Shown here: piece after piece, positions 1 through 12,796 of the stretch
How positions within the stretch are numbered: the first letter of the stretch is position 1
Layout: each line of letters opens with the position of its first letter
NCBI RefSeq assembly: GCF_006345805.1
Contig: NC_043010.1
Coordinates: 17,980,001 to 18,044,000 of the forward strand
DNA from: Octopus sinensis
Taxonomy: Eukaryota
Reading direction: 5' to 3'
DNA: 64,000 nucleotides
Position numbers and translations under genes: made by a program
Notes under the pieces: model-generated
Databases searched by the model: none
What the model was told of the DNA's origin: nothing
What the model saw: only the letters and a program-made list of their open reading frames with translations

Positions 1-580
1 AAAGGGCACGGAATTACGGAGAGGCAGAAATGTCAAAAACTACATTTTCTGGACAAAAAATTCTTTCGCAGAAGGAAACACCCACCCAATTCATCGCTCT
101 TTCCTTTCTCCATGAAGCAGTGACAGCTATTTGGAAAGATGGATGTAAGAGTAACAATTTATTTGAAATTCAGGCCAAAGCACTGGTTCTTTAGACTTAA
201 AAAGAATTGTCATCGCTCTCTTCTGGCCACTCTCATAAGAGGTTCCGAACTCCATGCAATAGGCTAATACAGCAGTTACCAACTACACTGTTCTGCTTAT
301 GATTGTTATTGCAGGTATTTGAAATCCTCCACCACCAGTGAAACCTCTATGTGGTCGCCTGACCTGGCTAAAATAAATTTACCTGAAATTACTCCGTATT
401 GTTTACAAAAGAACACATTGGATAATGGGGACCTAATCGCAACTCGAAGAAGACGTGGTGGCCACGGCTGGAATACCTTTCATCATATGATCGTTTAATT
501 TCTTCTCAAATAACTTCCATTGTCATGCTTTGTATGTTAGTATAACTGGGATTAAATGATATCTCAAAACATGCTAAACG

Positions 581-690
581 TATTTCATTACTACCCACAA
601 GGGGCTAAACACAGAGGGGACAAACAAGGACAGACATACGGATTACGAAATACCGCTGAACATTTTGCCCAGACAAGTCATCTAAGGGAA
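581..690 (-). mobile_element. SINE family B fragment (3' tail plus part of head, internally deleted)
   Basis: tatttcattactacccacaaggggctaaacacagaggggacaaacaaggacagac is the reverse complement of the tail of the full copies at 28843 and 45677. Confidence 0.75.
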
Positions 691-1261
691 GAGCTACATT
701 AAACTTCTAACTGCTGTCCGACACACCTTTCATATTTATTAAGAATATATATTTATCGATGGAGTTAAAGTCTGGAAAACGAAAACATTTAATAATATAT
801 ACTTTCACTGAAACATAACCGAGCAATTATCATACATCTGCTTATCTCCCTTCGCCTTCACTCTTCACTGCAGAGTCCCAAACAGTACGATTCATCCCTT
901 TTAATGTTTGTAATTTAAGATGGCGGGAAAAGGGGAAATATTGAGGTACGAAGGATTTTGAAGAACGGCAGTATTTGATCCATCAGCTATTTGTTTTCGC
1001 TGCTGTTTTTAAAACTATGTTCTTGCAATACACTTTTATTTATTAAGTTTTGCTTGTAAGTAAATATGCTTACCATTTCGCTTTCCTTTCTTAATCTAAC
1101 GTAGCATTAAAAAATGTTTTAATGATTCTCAAATAAACTCCCTCTCACGACTATTTTTTTTTTCTTCAAAACATTTCAAAATTTAGAGTTTTGAACTGTT
1201 TTGTTTTATGGGATTCAGGATTCTAAGCTTTTCGTCTTTTAAGCTTTCATTATTCTGACCC

Positions 1262-1620
1262 TCTTTACTCTTTTACTTGTTTCAGTCATTTGACTGCGGC
1301 CATGCCGGAGCACCGTCTTTAGCCGAGAAAATCGACCCCAGGACTTATTCTTTGTAAGCCTAGTACTTATTCTATCGGTCTCTTTTGCCGAAACGCCAAG
1401 TTACGGGGACGTAAACACACAAGCATCGGTTGTCAAACGATGTTGGGGGACATCGTTTATACGACGAGCTTCTTTCAGTTTCCGCCTGCCAAATCCACTC
1501 ACAAGGCTTTGGTCGGTCCGAGACTATAGTAGATGACACTTTCCCAAGGTGCCACGCAGTGGGACTGAACCCGGAACCATGTGGTTGGTGAGCAAGCTAC
1601 TTACCACACAGCCACTCCTT
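1262..1620 (-). mobile_element. tRNA-derived SINE family A
   Basis: Matches copies at 7866, 43710 and 52348; head on the minus strand reads gagtggctgtgtggtaag...ggttccgggttcagtccc (A/B-box-like). Confidence 0.85.
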
Positions 1621-1639
1621 CGGGACTCTCTATATAACT

Positions 1640-2400
1640 TAGATATGTTTCGACAAAAGATTGACTCAGGCCATGTCTAACTTAATAGCACCACCTGATA
1701 GGATTAGCTAAATCCTTTTTTAAGTCAAGTTTTGTGGTATCATGGTCCATTCGTGTAGGGAGTTCTTGAGTGAGTTGTATTCAAATATAGGTGGCTTATC
1801 TGGTATTCCTTGAAGTAATTTGTCCAGATTCCGTTTAAAGGTGATGGGATCCTTTTTTCTTTGATCTGTTTTGGGACAATGTTAAATAAGGCAGGGCCTG
1901 TTAAGAAAAACGCATTGTGTTGCAGTGTATTTATGTATTGTGATCCTGAATTGGGTAGGGGACGTATGGCCCGTGGTCCTAGCCTTGGATGAATCTTGAA
2001 GCTAATGCTGAGGTCGTTTGGGCAATGCTGGTAGTATATTCTCTACATTGTGCAAATGTTATATCATTCACGGCGGCGTTGGAGAGAATAGAGTTCCAAT
2101 GCTCTAAGTTGGTCCCAATAATTGAGATCAGTCATGCCCTTAATTCTTTTAGTGAATGACCTCTGGGGTGATTCGATTTTCAAGCTGTTTTGTTTTGTAT
2201 GGGGAGACCACAAGGGGCAGCAGTATTCAAGGTGTGGTCGTACAAAGGAGGAGAAAAGAGGACTGATGACACCTTGTTCTCTGGATGGGAAGGTTCTTAG
2301 GATCCAGGAGCTCATCCTACGAGCTATATCGACCTTATTGTTGATGTGGGCACTCCAGCTGAGATTGTTATCAACTCCTAGGTTGCTGGTATTAGATGCT
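1640..2400 (-). mobile_element. CR1-clade LINE, 5'-truncated RT C-terminus and 3' end (degenerate)
   Basis: ORF 2064-2471 contains SWSAHIN...RPHLEYCCPLWSPH...IESPQRSFTKRIKGM...LYSLQRRRE, typical of the CR1/L2 RT thumb; continues past a stop to GPALFN. Confidence 0.85.
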
Positions 2401-2412
2401 ACAATACATACA

Positions 2413-2495
2413 TAGAGGGTACGATGAGTAAATTGTTGCCAGTTCATATTTTTAGTTTTGCGCATGTGCATTGTTTTTGATTTTGTCGACTACAC
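2413..2495 (+). mobile_element. Solo left end/TIR of the maT (DD37D) transposon
   Basis: gagggtacgatgagtaaattgttgcc...gcgcatgtgcattgtttttgattttgtc matches the termini of copies at 17690-17772, 38565 and 49730-49815. Confidence 0.75.
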
Positions 2496-2599
2496 AGTGG
2501 GTCCATTCAGGGTTTCAAGGCAGAATTGGAAGCACAAGTTATCAGCCTTTCTGAATATGAAGCATAAACTCCTTAACCATGGAGGGTGTGTGTGCTCTG

Positions 2600-2775
2600 A
2601 GAAAGCACCCAATAGACTATGTAAAGCAGTTGGCATTAGGAAAGGCATCCAGCAATGGAAGCCATGCTACAACAAGCTCGGGTCACAATGCAATCCTCGG
2701 GTTTGTTAGCTGTTCTTGAATTACCCATCCTATCCCAGCATGAAGAGCAGATGTTGAATGATTATGATGATGATC
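2600..2775 (+). mobile_element. RTE-type 3' tail repeat (family D) ending in (GAT)n
   Basis: gcagttggcattaggaaaggcatccagc...ccagcatg...gatgatgat; shared with more than 10 copies in the window. Confidence 0.7.
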
Positions 2776-3559
2776 ATGTGTGTGTTGTTAATGTGAGGGT
2801 AATTGAGAAAGAATGAAATAAATACACTCTTTTGTCATTCGGTAAGTAATGAGAGTGAGCAAGACATAGATAAATAGAAAGTGACAGTGTAGAGAAAGAA
2901 GCGACATGAAGTTGATAGAGATTATTAGAGAGAGAGAATAAGCAGAGGTAGGCGAGGAAGGAGTGGAAATGTTTATAGGTGTAAGAGCAGGAGTGAGGTG
3001 ATGAGGTGGGGGTTGAGGCAGATATTTCTGTCTAGTTTTATAACACTGTCACTCACCATCCCTACTACCGCCTCCACAACAACAACAACAAAATCCATTT
3101 CCCAATCTAATAACAGTGTAATCAATATTGAGATTTATCTATTTACATCTAAACCATGAAGGTTTCAAATCTGTGTTAATCCTAAATCTTCAGCAGTTGG
3201 CTGTAGCACACTCACTACAGTGACAACAACAACACTTGAAAAAGAAACTTTAGTAGAAGGCCACAAAATCATAATAGGAACGACAGAGTCCAATTAAATC
3301 AACCCTTGTACATGGCAGGGTTTTGAGGGCCCTTTTTTATTGATTCCAGGAGAGATGTAAGACAAAATCAACCACGGCAAAATTTGAACTCAGTCTGTTG
3401 AAAAATGCTACTAAACGGTGCAATATATTTATTCAAGCATTCTAGATTGCTCTGGGTTTTTTTTTTAGATATAATAAGCCTTCTTTAGTGATACCTAGTG
3501 TTTTAATAAATGTACTGATTTGGCAATGTTCTAGAGAGACTGCATCTGAGTCAGTGGTG

Positions 3560-3772
3560 CTCAACAGATTTTTACCTGTGATGGTTCTGGTGCCATGTAA
3601 AAAAACACTCAGTCCCCTCTGTGAGGTGGGTGGTGTTAGGAAGGGCATCCAGCTGTAAAAGCTTTGCCAAAACAGACAGGGAAACCTGGTGCAGTCTTCT
3701 GCCTAGCCAGCCCCTGTCAAACCATCCAACACATGCCAGCATGGAAAAACGGACCTTAAATGATGATGATGA
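3560..3772 (+). mobile_element. RTE-type 3' tail repeat (family D)
   Basis: ggtgccatgtaaaaaaacactcag...aggaagggcatccagctgta...gccagcatggaaaaacggaccttaaatgatgatgatgat. Confidence 0.75.
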
Positions 3773-4455
3773 TTACTAATTTACTCTGGTGGACCTCCAT
3801 TACCACTCACAGTTAAAAAAACTAAATTCTATAGACATTTTTTCCAAAATTCCTCTTTTGCTTTTCAGACATTGATTTTTGCGTAGACTGACCCATGTAA
3901 AACTTCAGAGAAGAAAGAAACCTTTGCTGTTTCTTGCAATAAATACATCTATAGCAAAACCTTTTCATGGACCCTTGATATACTACTATGGATCCCCAAT
4001 TCACCATTTTGCTCGTGTGGACCCCTAAAAATCTTATAAGGATCCTGGTTGTGAACCACTGGATACAGAAGGACCTCCCTCTAGGAGTCATCTTATATTC
4101 CAAGGGTATATAAGACCCTGTCCAACTGTCATTCTCAACTTATAGATGAACTTAGAGTGGTCCCCTACCTTTTAAATTCACTTGAGGATAGCACCTCCCT
4201 CTCAGCTTTCACCTTCCTTTTCAAGTGAAACTTGCTACAGTTGAGAGCTTGACCAAAGAGGAAAGTATTTGCCCTTAACCCTTTCAGCCTTGTCCACTTT
4301 GTAACTTCTTTTGCTGTAGTCACCACACAGGCTTGGGGCAATCATCATCATCACCATCATCGACTTGGCTTATCTATCCAAATCTATCTCATGCACGACT
4401 ACTGTTGTTTGACATTATGCTGCAAGTCAGCAATTCTTTGAACTTTTGACTTGGA

Positions 4456-4487
<32 letters not shown>

Positions 4488-4971
4488 CTCCAGTTATGGT
4501 CTCTAGTGACAACTTTGTTTTGGCCCTGTTGCATAATGAGGTTTCTGAATCTTCTCAAATCTATGCCTGGAGGAGGTACAGCAATCCCTCGCCGTATCGC
4601 GGTTCACCTATTTAAGCCTACGTTGATTCCCCCGTGGTGTTGTTTTGCATTTATAATAAAATAAATATATAAAAATAATAACAATAAAAAATATACAGTA
4701 CTGTTTCTACTTCATGGATTTTCACCTCTTGTGGGTGATTTTGGAACATAACACCCATAATAGTTGAGGGATTACTGTGGAGGTTTGTGTGTGCATGAGG
4801 TTCCTCCTTTTTGTTGTGGGCAGAGAAATTTCAAATGGCTGGTGTTACCATACATATGGCACCTTGAACTTTTGTCTTCTTTCGTAACATACAGTTGGTG
4901 CTCATTTGGGAGCTCTATAAAGAGTAGAATGTTGTCAGAGTTTTCTGGTCTAACATGGATGAAGACCTTGT

Positions 4972-5270
4972 TGTTGTTTGTTCCTTCTCAAGCCATGCGT
5001 GTCACATAAGGGCTGGTTTCCTTGGCATATAGGTTCCCCGCCTGGACGGGACACCAGTCCGTCGCAGGTGAGCTGCAGGATGCAGGAGGAAAGAGTGAGA
5101 GAAAGTTGTGACAAAAGAGTCAGCAGAAGTTCACCATTACCTTCTGCCGGAGCCGCGTGGAGCTTAGGTGTTTCGCTCATAAACACACACATTACCCGGT
5201 CTGAGATTCGAATTCACGATCCCTCGACCACGAGTCGGCTGCTTTAACTACTAGGCTATGTGCCTCCATG
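4972..5270 (-). mobile_element. tRNA-derived SINE family C
   Basis: Reverse complement begins ggcacatagcctagtagttaaagcagccgactcgtggtcgagggatcgtgaattcgaatctcagacc (tRNA-like head) and ends in an aacaaacaacaa tail; sister copies at 6832 and 7118. Confidence 0.8.
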
Positions 5271-6831
5271 GATGAGGACTTGCAACCCTCTGATAGATCC
5301 GTTTTCCTGGTGACGCTTTTTAATGTCTGGAAATGAGTTCCTTCTAGAACAATACACACCACCATTCACCAGATGTTCAATTCTGGTAGTACATCCCATA
5401 CTTTTATTTTTATTAATTACCTGCCTTTCTATATTAAAATGAGGACAAAATCCTCACTCTTGCTTGAGACAGTTGAATGCCTCAGAGACTATGCTTCTAA
5501 AAGGAGTCTTACTGTGATGCTGCCATTCTAGTTTTTGGTTCTACAAATGAAGTGAGTATCACATAATATTCCTCTCAATTACTTCTCCATTTGGCCATAC
5601 TTCTCCATTTCTGCTTTTAACTCACAATGGTATATATTATGCTTCTATTGGCCATTCTTTGTCTTGAAGCTCTAAGTGCCAATGTGGCTCTCCTGTTGTC
5701 AGTACAGACAAGTTCTTACACTTAAGTGAGTGTGCTTCTTCTCCATACATTATGCAGTTGTTTGGGGTTTCTTTTTTTTTTTTTTGGCCTTTGTTGTGCT
5801 TTTAGTTAAATTGCTGCTGGATCTAAGTGAAATCAGCCATGGTTGTGGGTGTGGTGGTGGGTATTATTTGTATTGTTATAGTTTGTCATCTTTGAAACCA
5901 TGAATCTTGGCAAATGTTCGTTATATTCCCATGTGATTCCAATGTTCTTGTTGCTGGTGTTGTTATCATTTATGCTGCCTCTGTTACTGTCACTGTTTTT
6001 TTGTTTTTTTTTCTCTCGATATTTTATACAGTTGTCTTTCTTCTTGGTGCTCTTTAATGCTTTTATTATTTTGGGGGTAGTTGCTGCTTCATTTACCACA
6101 AATACTCTGGTTGCCTTCTTTGGGTGTCAAAGAATCTATAGAAAGTGGTGCTGTGATGACGATAGTATCTCTATTCCCAAATCAACCCAATCTGGATGAT
6201 GGCCTCTGAGCATTACAAGTGGATGTGTAAGAAGCTTTTCTTTTGGAAAAACTTCCTCTAAATGAATGCTTTGTTAACAGAGAAACTCCGCTTTCCATAT
6301 TGGTCAGTCTTTCAATAAGATTGTCAAGAAGGAACAGAGTGAATATAACAAAATATATGAAACACACAGACACACAGAATTCTGTGATGTTCAGGGCAAA
6401 TACCAATAATGATAATAATAATAATAAGAGCACTCAGAGAGCACAAATCTCCGCCAAGGCAACAGCAGCGTCCTCTCAACAATTAGCCAGAGATGATTTT
6501 TAAAATGAGAATATCTGAAATAAATTCAACTGCTCTCACAAATGAGAATACTAAAAATGAACCCAACCACTCTCGAAAATTAAGTAAAGAAACATGGAAA
6601 ATAATCCAGAATCCTTGTCTGGTACTGAATTGATCCCAAAATCTAATCAGTTCTTGCCAGTCATGAAGTCAAACATCCCTGAAAGTTTCATTCGAATCCA
6701 TCCAGCAATTCTTGAGATATCTTGTCCATGGACAAACAATCACACATAACTGAAAACAATACCTCTACCTTCCCTATGGTAGAGGTAATGATAATAATAA
6801 TAATAATAATTTCATCCTTTAGGAGGAACAG

Positions 6832-7350
6832 TTGATTGTTCCTTCTCAAGCCATACCTAGCTCATAAGGGCTGGTTTCCCAGTTTCCTTGGCATATGGGT
6901 TCCCCTCCTGGACAGGTGAGCCGCAAGATGCAGGAGGAAAGAGTGAGAGAAAGTTGTAGCGAAAGAGTCAGCAGAAGTTCGCCATTACCTTCTGCTGGAG
7001 ACATGTGGAGCTTAGGTGTTTCGCTCATAAACATATCGTCCAGTCTGAAATTCAAACCCGCAATCCCTCGACCGCGAGTCTGCTGCTCTAACCACTAGGC
7101 CATGTGCCTCCACAAAATGTTCCTTCTCAAGCCATGCCAGGCTCATAAGGGCCGGTTTCCCAGTTTCAGTAGCGTAGAAATTCCCCCACCTGGACAGGAC
7201 ACCGGTCTGTCACAGGATTTCTCATTTTTGCCAGCTAAGTGGATTGGAGCTACGTGAAAATGAAGTGTTTTGCTCAAGAACACAATGCATCGCCCAGTCT
7301 AGGAATCGAAACCACAACCTTACAATCATGAGTTCAACACCCTAACCACT
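6832..7350 (-). mobile_element. Two adjacent SINE family C-related copies (6832-7115 and 7118-7350)
   Basis: Both start with gttccttctcaagccat...cataagggc, as does the 4972 copy; they differ internally. Confidence 0.75.
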
Positions 7351-7865
7351 AAGCCATGCACAATAATAATAATAAGGGTTTCTAATTCTGGCACAAGGTC
7401 AGCAATTTCAGCAGGGTGGGGGTGGTAAGTTGACTACATCGATCTTAGTACTCAACTGGTACTTCTTTTATCGACTTTGAAAGGATGAAAGCAAAGTCAA
7501 CCTCAGCAGAATTTGAACTCAGATCGTTAAGTTGTAAGAAATGTTGCTAAGCATTTTGTCTGGCACAGTAACAATTCTGTCGGCTTTCAATAAAATAAGT
7601 ACTAGTTGAGCACTGAGGCTGAAGTAATTGACTTACCCCCTCCTCTTGAAATTGTTTGCCTTGTGCCAAAATTTGGAGCCAATATCTGTCGTTCTATAAT
7701 GCCATAGGGTTGGATAGATATCACATTTTGGTAGCTGTCTTTGATAATCTAAGAGTCAGGCCTCACACCTTGCCACATCTTAATTTGCGACAAATATCTT
7801 TCATTAAGCACTTATAATCTATTTAGATCACATTCTTCATCAATTCAGATCATATATTTAACACA

Positions 7866-8260
7866 GGTGCAAGTGTGGCTGTGTGGTAAGAAGCTTGCTT
7901 CCCAACCATATTGTTCTGGGCTCAGTCCCACTGTGTGGCACCTTGGGCAACTGTCTTTTACTATAGCCTCAGGCCAACCAAAGCTTTGTGAGTGGATTTG
8001 GTAGATGGAAACTGAAAGAAGCCCATCATATATATATACATATATGTATGTTTGTGTGTCTGTGTTTGTCCCCACACCATCGTCTGACAACTGATGTTGG
8101 TGTGTTTACGTACCTGTAACTTAGCAGTTTGGAAAAAAGAAATGATAGAATAAGTACCAGGCTTACAAAGAATATGTCCTGGGGTTGATTTCTTCAACTA
8201 CCACCCTTTAAGGTAGTGCTCCAGTATGGCCACAATCAAATGGCTGAAACAAGTAAAAAT
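7866..8260 (+). mobile_element. SINE family A, full length
   Basis: Head ggtgcaagtgtggctgtgtggtaag, central microsatellite, tail gctccagtatggccacaatcaaatggctgaaacaagtaaaa. Confidence 0.85.
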
Positions 8261-8639
8261 AGCAAAAAAAAGATCTTAATGCCAGTGCTGTCAATTCTCT
8301 TAAATACATCTCCACTAATCTTCTTCACACACTCCCTCACCTCCCCTCTATCCTATATTTCAGTAATAATAATGATGGGGGTTGGGGGCTGATTGGCCCA
8401 TGGTCTGTGGTAAAAAATGTTCTTTACTTTTGATTGACAAGATTCCTAGAAACGGTGTCTTGATAGAAACACAGGTGATTGCACAACCTTACACAGCCTC
8501 GAGAAAAGTGTAATGCAAAATGAAAACTTTCTAAATAATGGTGAGAGCAATACTGGAACCAGTAGTGAAGTTGTTGCATCTTGCATGAATGGTGTGGAAA
8601 GGCAGTTGTGTTGTGGTTGTCATCCGGAACCTGCCAAAC

Positions 8640-9760
8640 TAAGTGAAAGAACTAAGCAGACCAGTGATGAAGTGTTGTATCCTGGGCACAACCACATGGA
8701 GGGGTTTCAGAAAAGAAAGGTATCTGGAAAGACATTGGAGTCTTTGAGTTGTCTGAAGAATGGCTTGCAGGACAAGCTTTGGCAATAAAGAAGAATGGCT
8801 GTCTTTCCAAAGTGGAAATTGAAACAATCAAGAGAGAGATAGGAAGCAGTGAAAATGACATTATTCCTGGTGAATCTTCAGAAGATAATTCTAACAGGAT
8901 TGCACAGATTTGGAAGTAGAACCAGTGGGAGAATAAAGTGCCCAAAGCAGAGAATGAATCCTCAACAAAACACATGCAGACGACATTGAAGAGTAAAATC
9001 CAGCTAATGGAGGAAGTTTGGGACAAAATGCAAAATGGGGTCCAGAATAATCTACCTAAGACACACAGACAGAAAGAAGATGAAAGAGAAAGCCAAAAAA
9101 TGCAGGGGGAATTATTTACTACATATTCAAACTCTCCCTTTCCCTCCTAAATTCAGCTGCCCCAGGCCTTCTCTTGAAACAGATCAAGAAATTACTTAGC
9201 TGGATGGTATATTGGCCCAGATGAAGTAAAAGGATTTTGGTATAAGACCATGATGAGTGGCCAAGACATGCTAGCAGAGATGTTGGACCAATGCTTACAA
9301 CAGTGACTTGTTCCTTATTGGCTCTGTGAAGAGAGAAGGGACACATACATGGCCTTGCTATTTGCTTTTGAGCCAAATTAACTAACTACTAACTAACTAA
9401 CTAACTAACTAACATATTTGAGATAAGGAAAAACAGGGGAAAATGTCAGGAACTGTCACCCAACCACCTGTTTCCTAATAGTGTGGAAAATATTCACAGG
9501 AATTATTTTCTACAGAGATATATGACCACCGAGAAGCAAAGCGCCCTCTACCTAAAAAGATAAAAGGTTGCAGAAAGAAATACAGTGGCACCAATCACCA
9601 ACTTCTGAGAGATAAACTGATTTTCAGAAATGCTAAAGGAGACAAGTTGGACTGACTCTACTGGTGTGAGTCAACAACAAGAAGGCCTTTGCTATGGTTC
9701 CTTCACTTGTGGACCAGCAAATGTCTGGATCTCTCCAAAATTGATCCAAAGATAAAGAAT
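8640..9760 (+). mobile_element. Degenerate R4/Dong-like (RLE-type) non-LTR retrotransposon, N-terminal region plus RT start
   Basis: Manual translation across frameshifts: VMKCC...RGFRK, IWKDIGVFELSEEWLAGQALAIKKNGCLSKVEIETIKREI (8722), GPDEVKGFWYK (9214), VWKIFTGII (9481), KGCRKK (9563), KKAFAMVP (9679), in the order expected for R4/Dong proteins; (AACT)n tract at about 9380-9412. Confidence 0.75.
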
Positions 9761-10350
9761 GTGATTAAAAGTAGTTTGAAATCCTTGAGAACTGAGGTAA
9801 CATCTTGTGAAATATTCCTTGGTTAAAATAAATTGTCATATCTTTCAAGGCAATAGCACATCACCTATTCATATTATTGCTGATAATCAGATGGACTATG
9901 GTCAGAGACTGAACACATTGACCTACGACCCATTGACAGCCAGGTGGACTGGGGTTTCAGACTAAACCATATTGATCTGATACCTATTCCTTCTGATACT
10001 TCGGTGAACTGTGATAGAATCAGTCACAACTTTAATGCCTTTTGCCACAGATCTGGTTGATCAAGTCTGACCTGGGGCTAAATACCATTGACAGCAGCTC
10101 TCTATAAATCTAAGGTCTCATGCTTCATAATATCTTATCTGAAACAGAATCTATGTGGTTCAAGTTTCTTATTTTTGTCTGATCTCAACAGTGAAGCTTA
10201 AACTTAATAAGCTGGATTATCCAAAAGCGTGTTTTAATCAAAAGATTATCAGTTATGAAATGTTGTTGCAGGTCACATGCTGTAAACAATTTCAAAGTTA
10301 GCAGCCAGATAAACAAATTCCTTCGGCTTCTTGTCATTCTCAGTTGCCAA

Positions 10351-10577
10351 GACAACATACTCCTGGTCATTCTATGCTCCCTGGATGAAGAAAAGACTTC
10401 TGAAATTCTCTGTTGCCTGGACAAATACACCTTTGGTCATTCTCAACTCCCTGGACAACATACTTCTGGTCATTCTATGCTCCCTGGATGAAAAAAAAAA
10501 CATCTGAAATTCTCTGTTGCCTGGACAAATACACTTTTAGTCATTCTCAACTCTCTGGACAAAATACTTCTGGTCAA
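10351..10577. repeat. Minisatellite, 103-104 bp unit x about 2.2, built from three related 33-36 bp cctgga-starting subunits
   Basis: gacaacatac recurs at 10351 and 10454, and gacaaaatac at 10558. Confidence 0.85.
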
Positions 10578-11779
10578 GCAATTCTTCTAAACTTCACTAA
10601 CCACAGAGTTCTGATTCGTTTTCTGTTCTTGTCTGTGGCATCTGGTTTGCTATCAAGATTGTTTTACAAATTGGAAAATACTTTTATATGAGCTGACTTC
10701 CGTCAGATTTGAAACTGTGGCTCATTACTTCCCTTCTGTTGTACAAGTTTTAGTGTTTCCTCCGATCTACAGGTCTTTGGTTTCAATACTCCAACTATCT
10801 TCTTTGGCCAACAGAAACCTGATTCACTTCACTTTAGCATCTGTTTTCCACAATGATTCAAGTAGGTTCATATTCTTCTGAAATCTAATTTAAGCCATTG
10901 TTATAATGAAACTTGTGGTGTAATATTTATATTGATTATGCTAATGAAATACTAATTGTATCTTATCTAATTGTATGTGTATGTGTTTATGTGCATTTAT
11001 ATATGTGTGTACATGTATGTTTATATATGTATGTGTGTATAAAGATATATGCATATATGTGTGCATGTGTGTTTATGTGTATATATGCATAGGTGTCGAA
11101 AATGTGATGTTTGGTCAATAACTGATGAAGGGTGGGTGTATCCACATCCTTTGTGTGTTCTTTTGACATCGTCCTGCATCACATTTCACTTGTGTGTGTG
11201 TGTGTGTACGAGGGGGTACCCAGAAGTAACCAGAAATGTTCTCTGTGGGACAAGCCAGTTCAGGCTTCCTCCACTAGAAGCCATTTGATGCAACCCCCTC
11301 GTATATGTGTGTGTGTGTATTCTATCATCTTTTGTAGGCATCATCCTTTTTTAACACTTTTTTTTTTAACCATAGATTAATGAGTTCCACCTGAATTAGA
11401 TAATTATTCACTTCTACTAATTATTTAATATCCACTTGCCTAAACAAGGCAGGTTTTAGATTCTTCAACTTTATCCTTAGTATTGTCTGATACCAGATCT
11501 TATAACTATATTCATTAATATCCTTTAGACATTATTTAAGCAATTACATATGTGGTTATATGAGTTTTAATATGTTATATAATATTGCTCCTGTAGTTAC
11601 CCCTCATACCCTCCTAACTTGATCATCTTTTCACCCTCATTATTAATGTTTTCCTGAGTCCTTCATGGACAGACTTGCACTCAATTGGAAATCTTTTGGC
11701 TTTTCCTATCTTTTCTCTTCAATTATTCTTATTTTTCTTCAATATTCCACCCTACAATACATCCTCATAGCTTCATACA

Positions 11780-12420
11780 ATCTGCTGAGTCACCATGTTG
11801 TCTTAGCCCACCTCTTGTTCGTCATAGTCCTCCTGGCAATAATGGGGAAATATAAGACTGGCTACCTCTGAGATCTCTTCTATGCTGATGACCTTGTTCT
11901 TATAGCTGATTCACTACCAGAACTAGAGAAGAATTTCCAGGTGTAGAAGTAAGGTCTAGAATCAAAGGGACTTAGAGTTTATTTAGTAAAAACCAAAGTC
12001 TTTGTAAGTAGGAAAATGGACAAGTCACAAATCCCTTCGGGGAGATGGCCCTGTTCGATGTGTAGAAAAGGTATAGGTAGAAACTTCATAGGATGTACAC
12101 AGGTCAAGCTATGGCCATATAAGAGGTGCAGCAATATCAGAGGGAGGTTAATAGGGAACATAGTCTTTGTGTGTGGGAGATGTACAGGTACAATAAACAC
12201 TAGAAATGTAAAGAAAATAGACTCTCCATCAAATACCAGGTGGGAATACCTAGAAGTAATTGATAGCTTCTGTTATCTAGGTGACCAAATCAGCAGTAGA
12301 GGTGGCTGCTTGTATAAGAATAGGCTGGGCAAAGTTCAGAGAGCTCCTACCTCTGTTGGTAACAAAGGGCCTCTCCTTCAGAATGAATGGCAGACTGTGT
12401 GTGAACAACCATGCTCCATA
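11780..12420 (+). mobile_element. RTE-clade LINE reverse transcriptase fragment (degenerate)
   Basis: LFVIVL, YADDLVLIA at 11881, LESKGLRV, then a Cys-rich insert and LEVIDSFCYLGDQISS; in-frame stops present. Confidence 0.85.
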
Positions 12421-12619
12421 ACAGTGAATCATTGGCTTTGTATGGATGAGAACCGTTGTATAAAGAAGCACTGATCTCTAACTGTGGAGGGAACCTGTGG
12501 AAAAGATAGATCCAGGAACCTCACAGACGTGATTACTAATGACTGAGACATTTGGCGATATGCTGTGCTTGATAAGATTCATGAAGCCAAGAGAAACCAA
12601 AGTCATGACCGTTGCCAGT

Positions 12620-12796
12620 ATCATGCAAATGGCACGTAAAAAGCACCCATTACACTCTTGGAGTGGTTGCCATTAGGAAGGGCATCCAGCTGTAGAAACC
12701 AAATCCAAATCAGACTGGAACCTGATGTAGCTCTCCAGCTTATCAGTTCCAGTCCAACCCATGCCAGCATGGAAAGTGAATGTTCAATGATGATGT
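12620..12796 (+). mobile_element. RTE-type 3' tail repeat (family D)
   Basis: ggcacgtaaaaagcacccattacactcttggagtggttgccattaggaagggcatccagctgtagaaacc...gatgatg. Confidence 0.8.

Noticed and set aside
8513-9150. ORFs 8513-8788 and 8938-9150 as a novel host gene
   Set aside because: The conserved motifs lie in other frames and belong to a decayed R4/Dong-like element.
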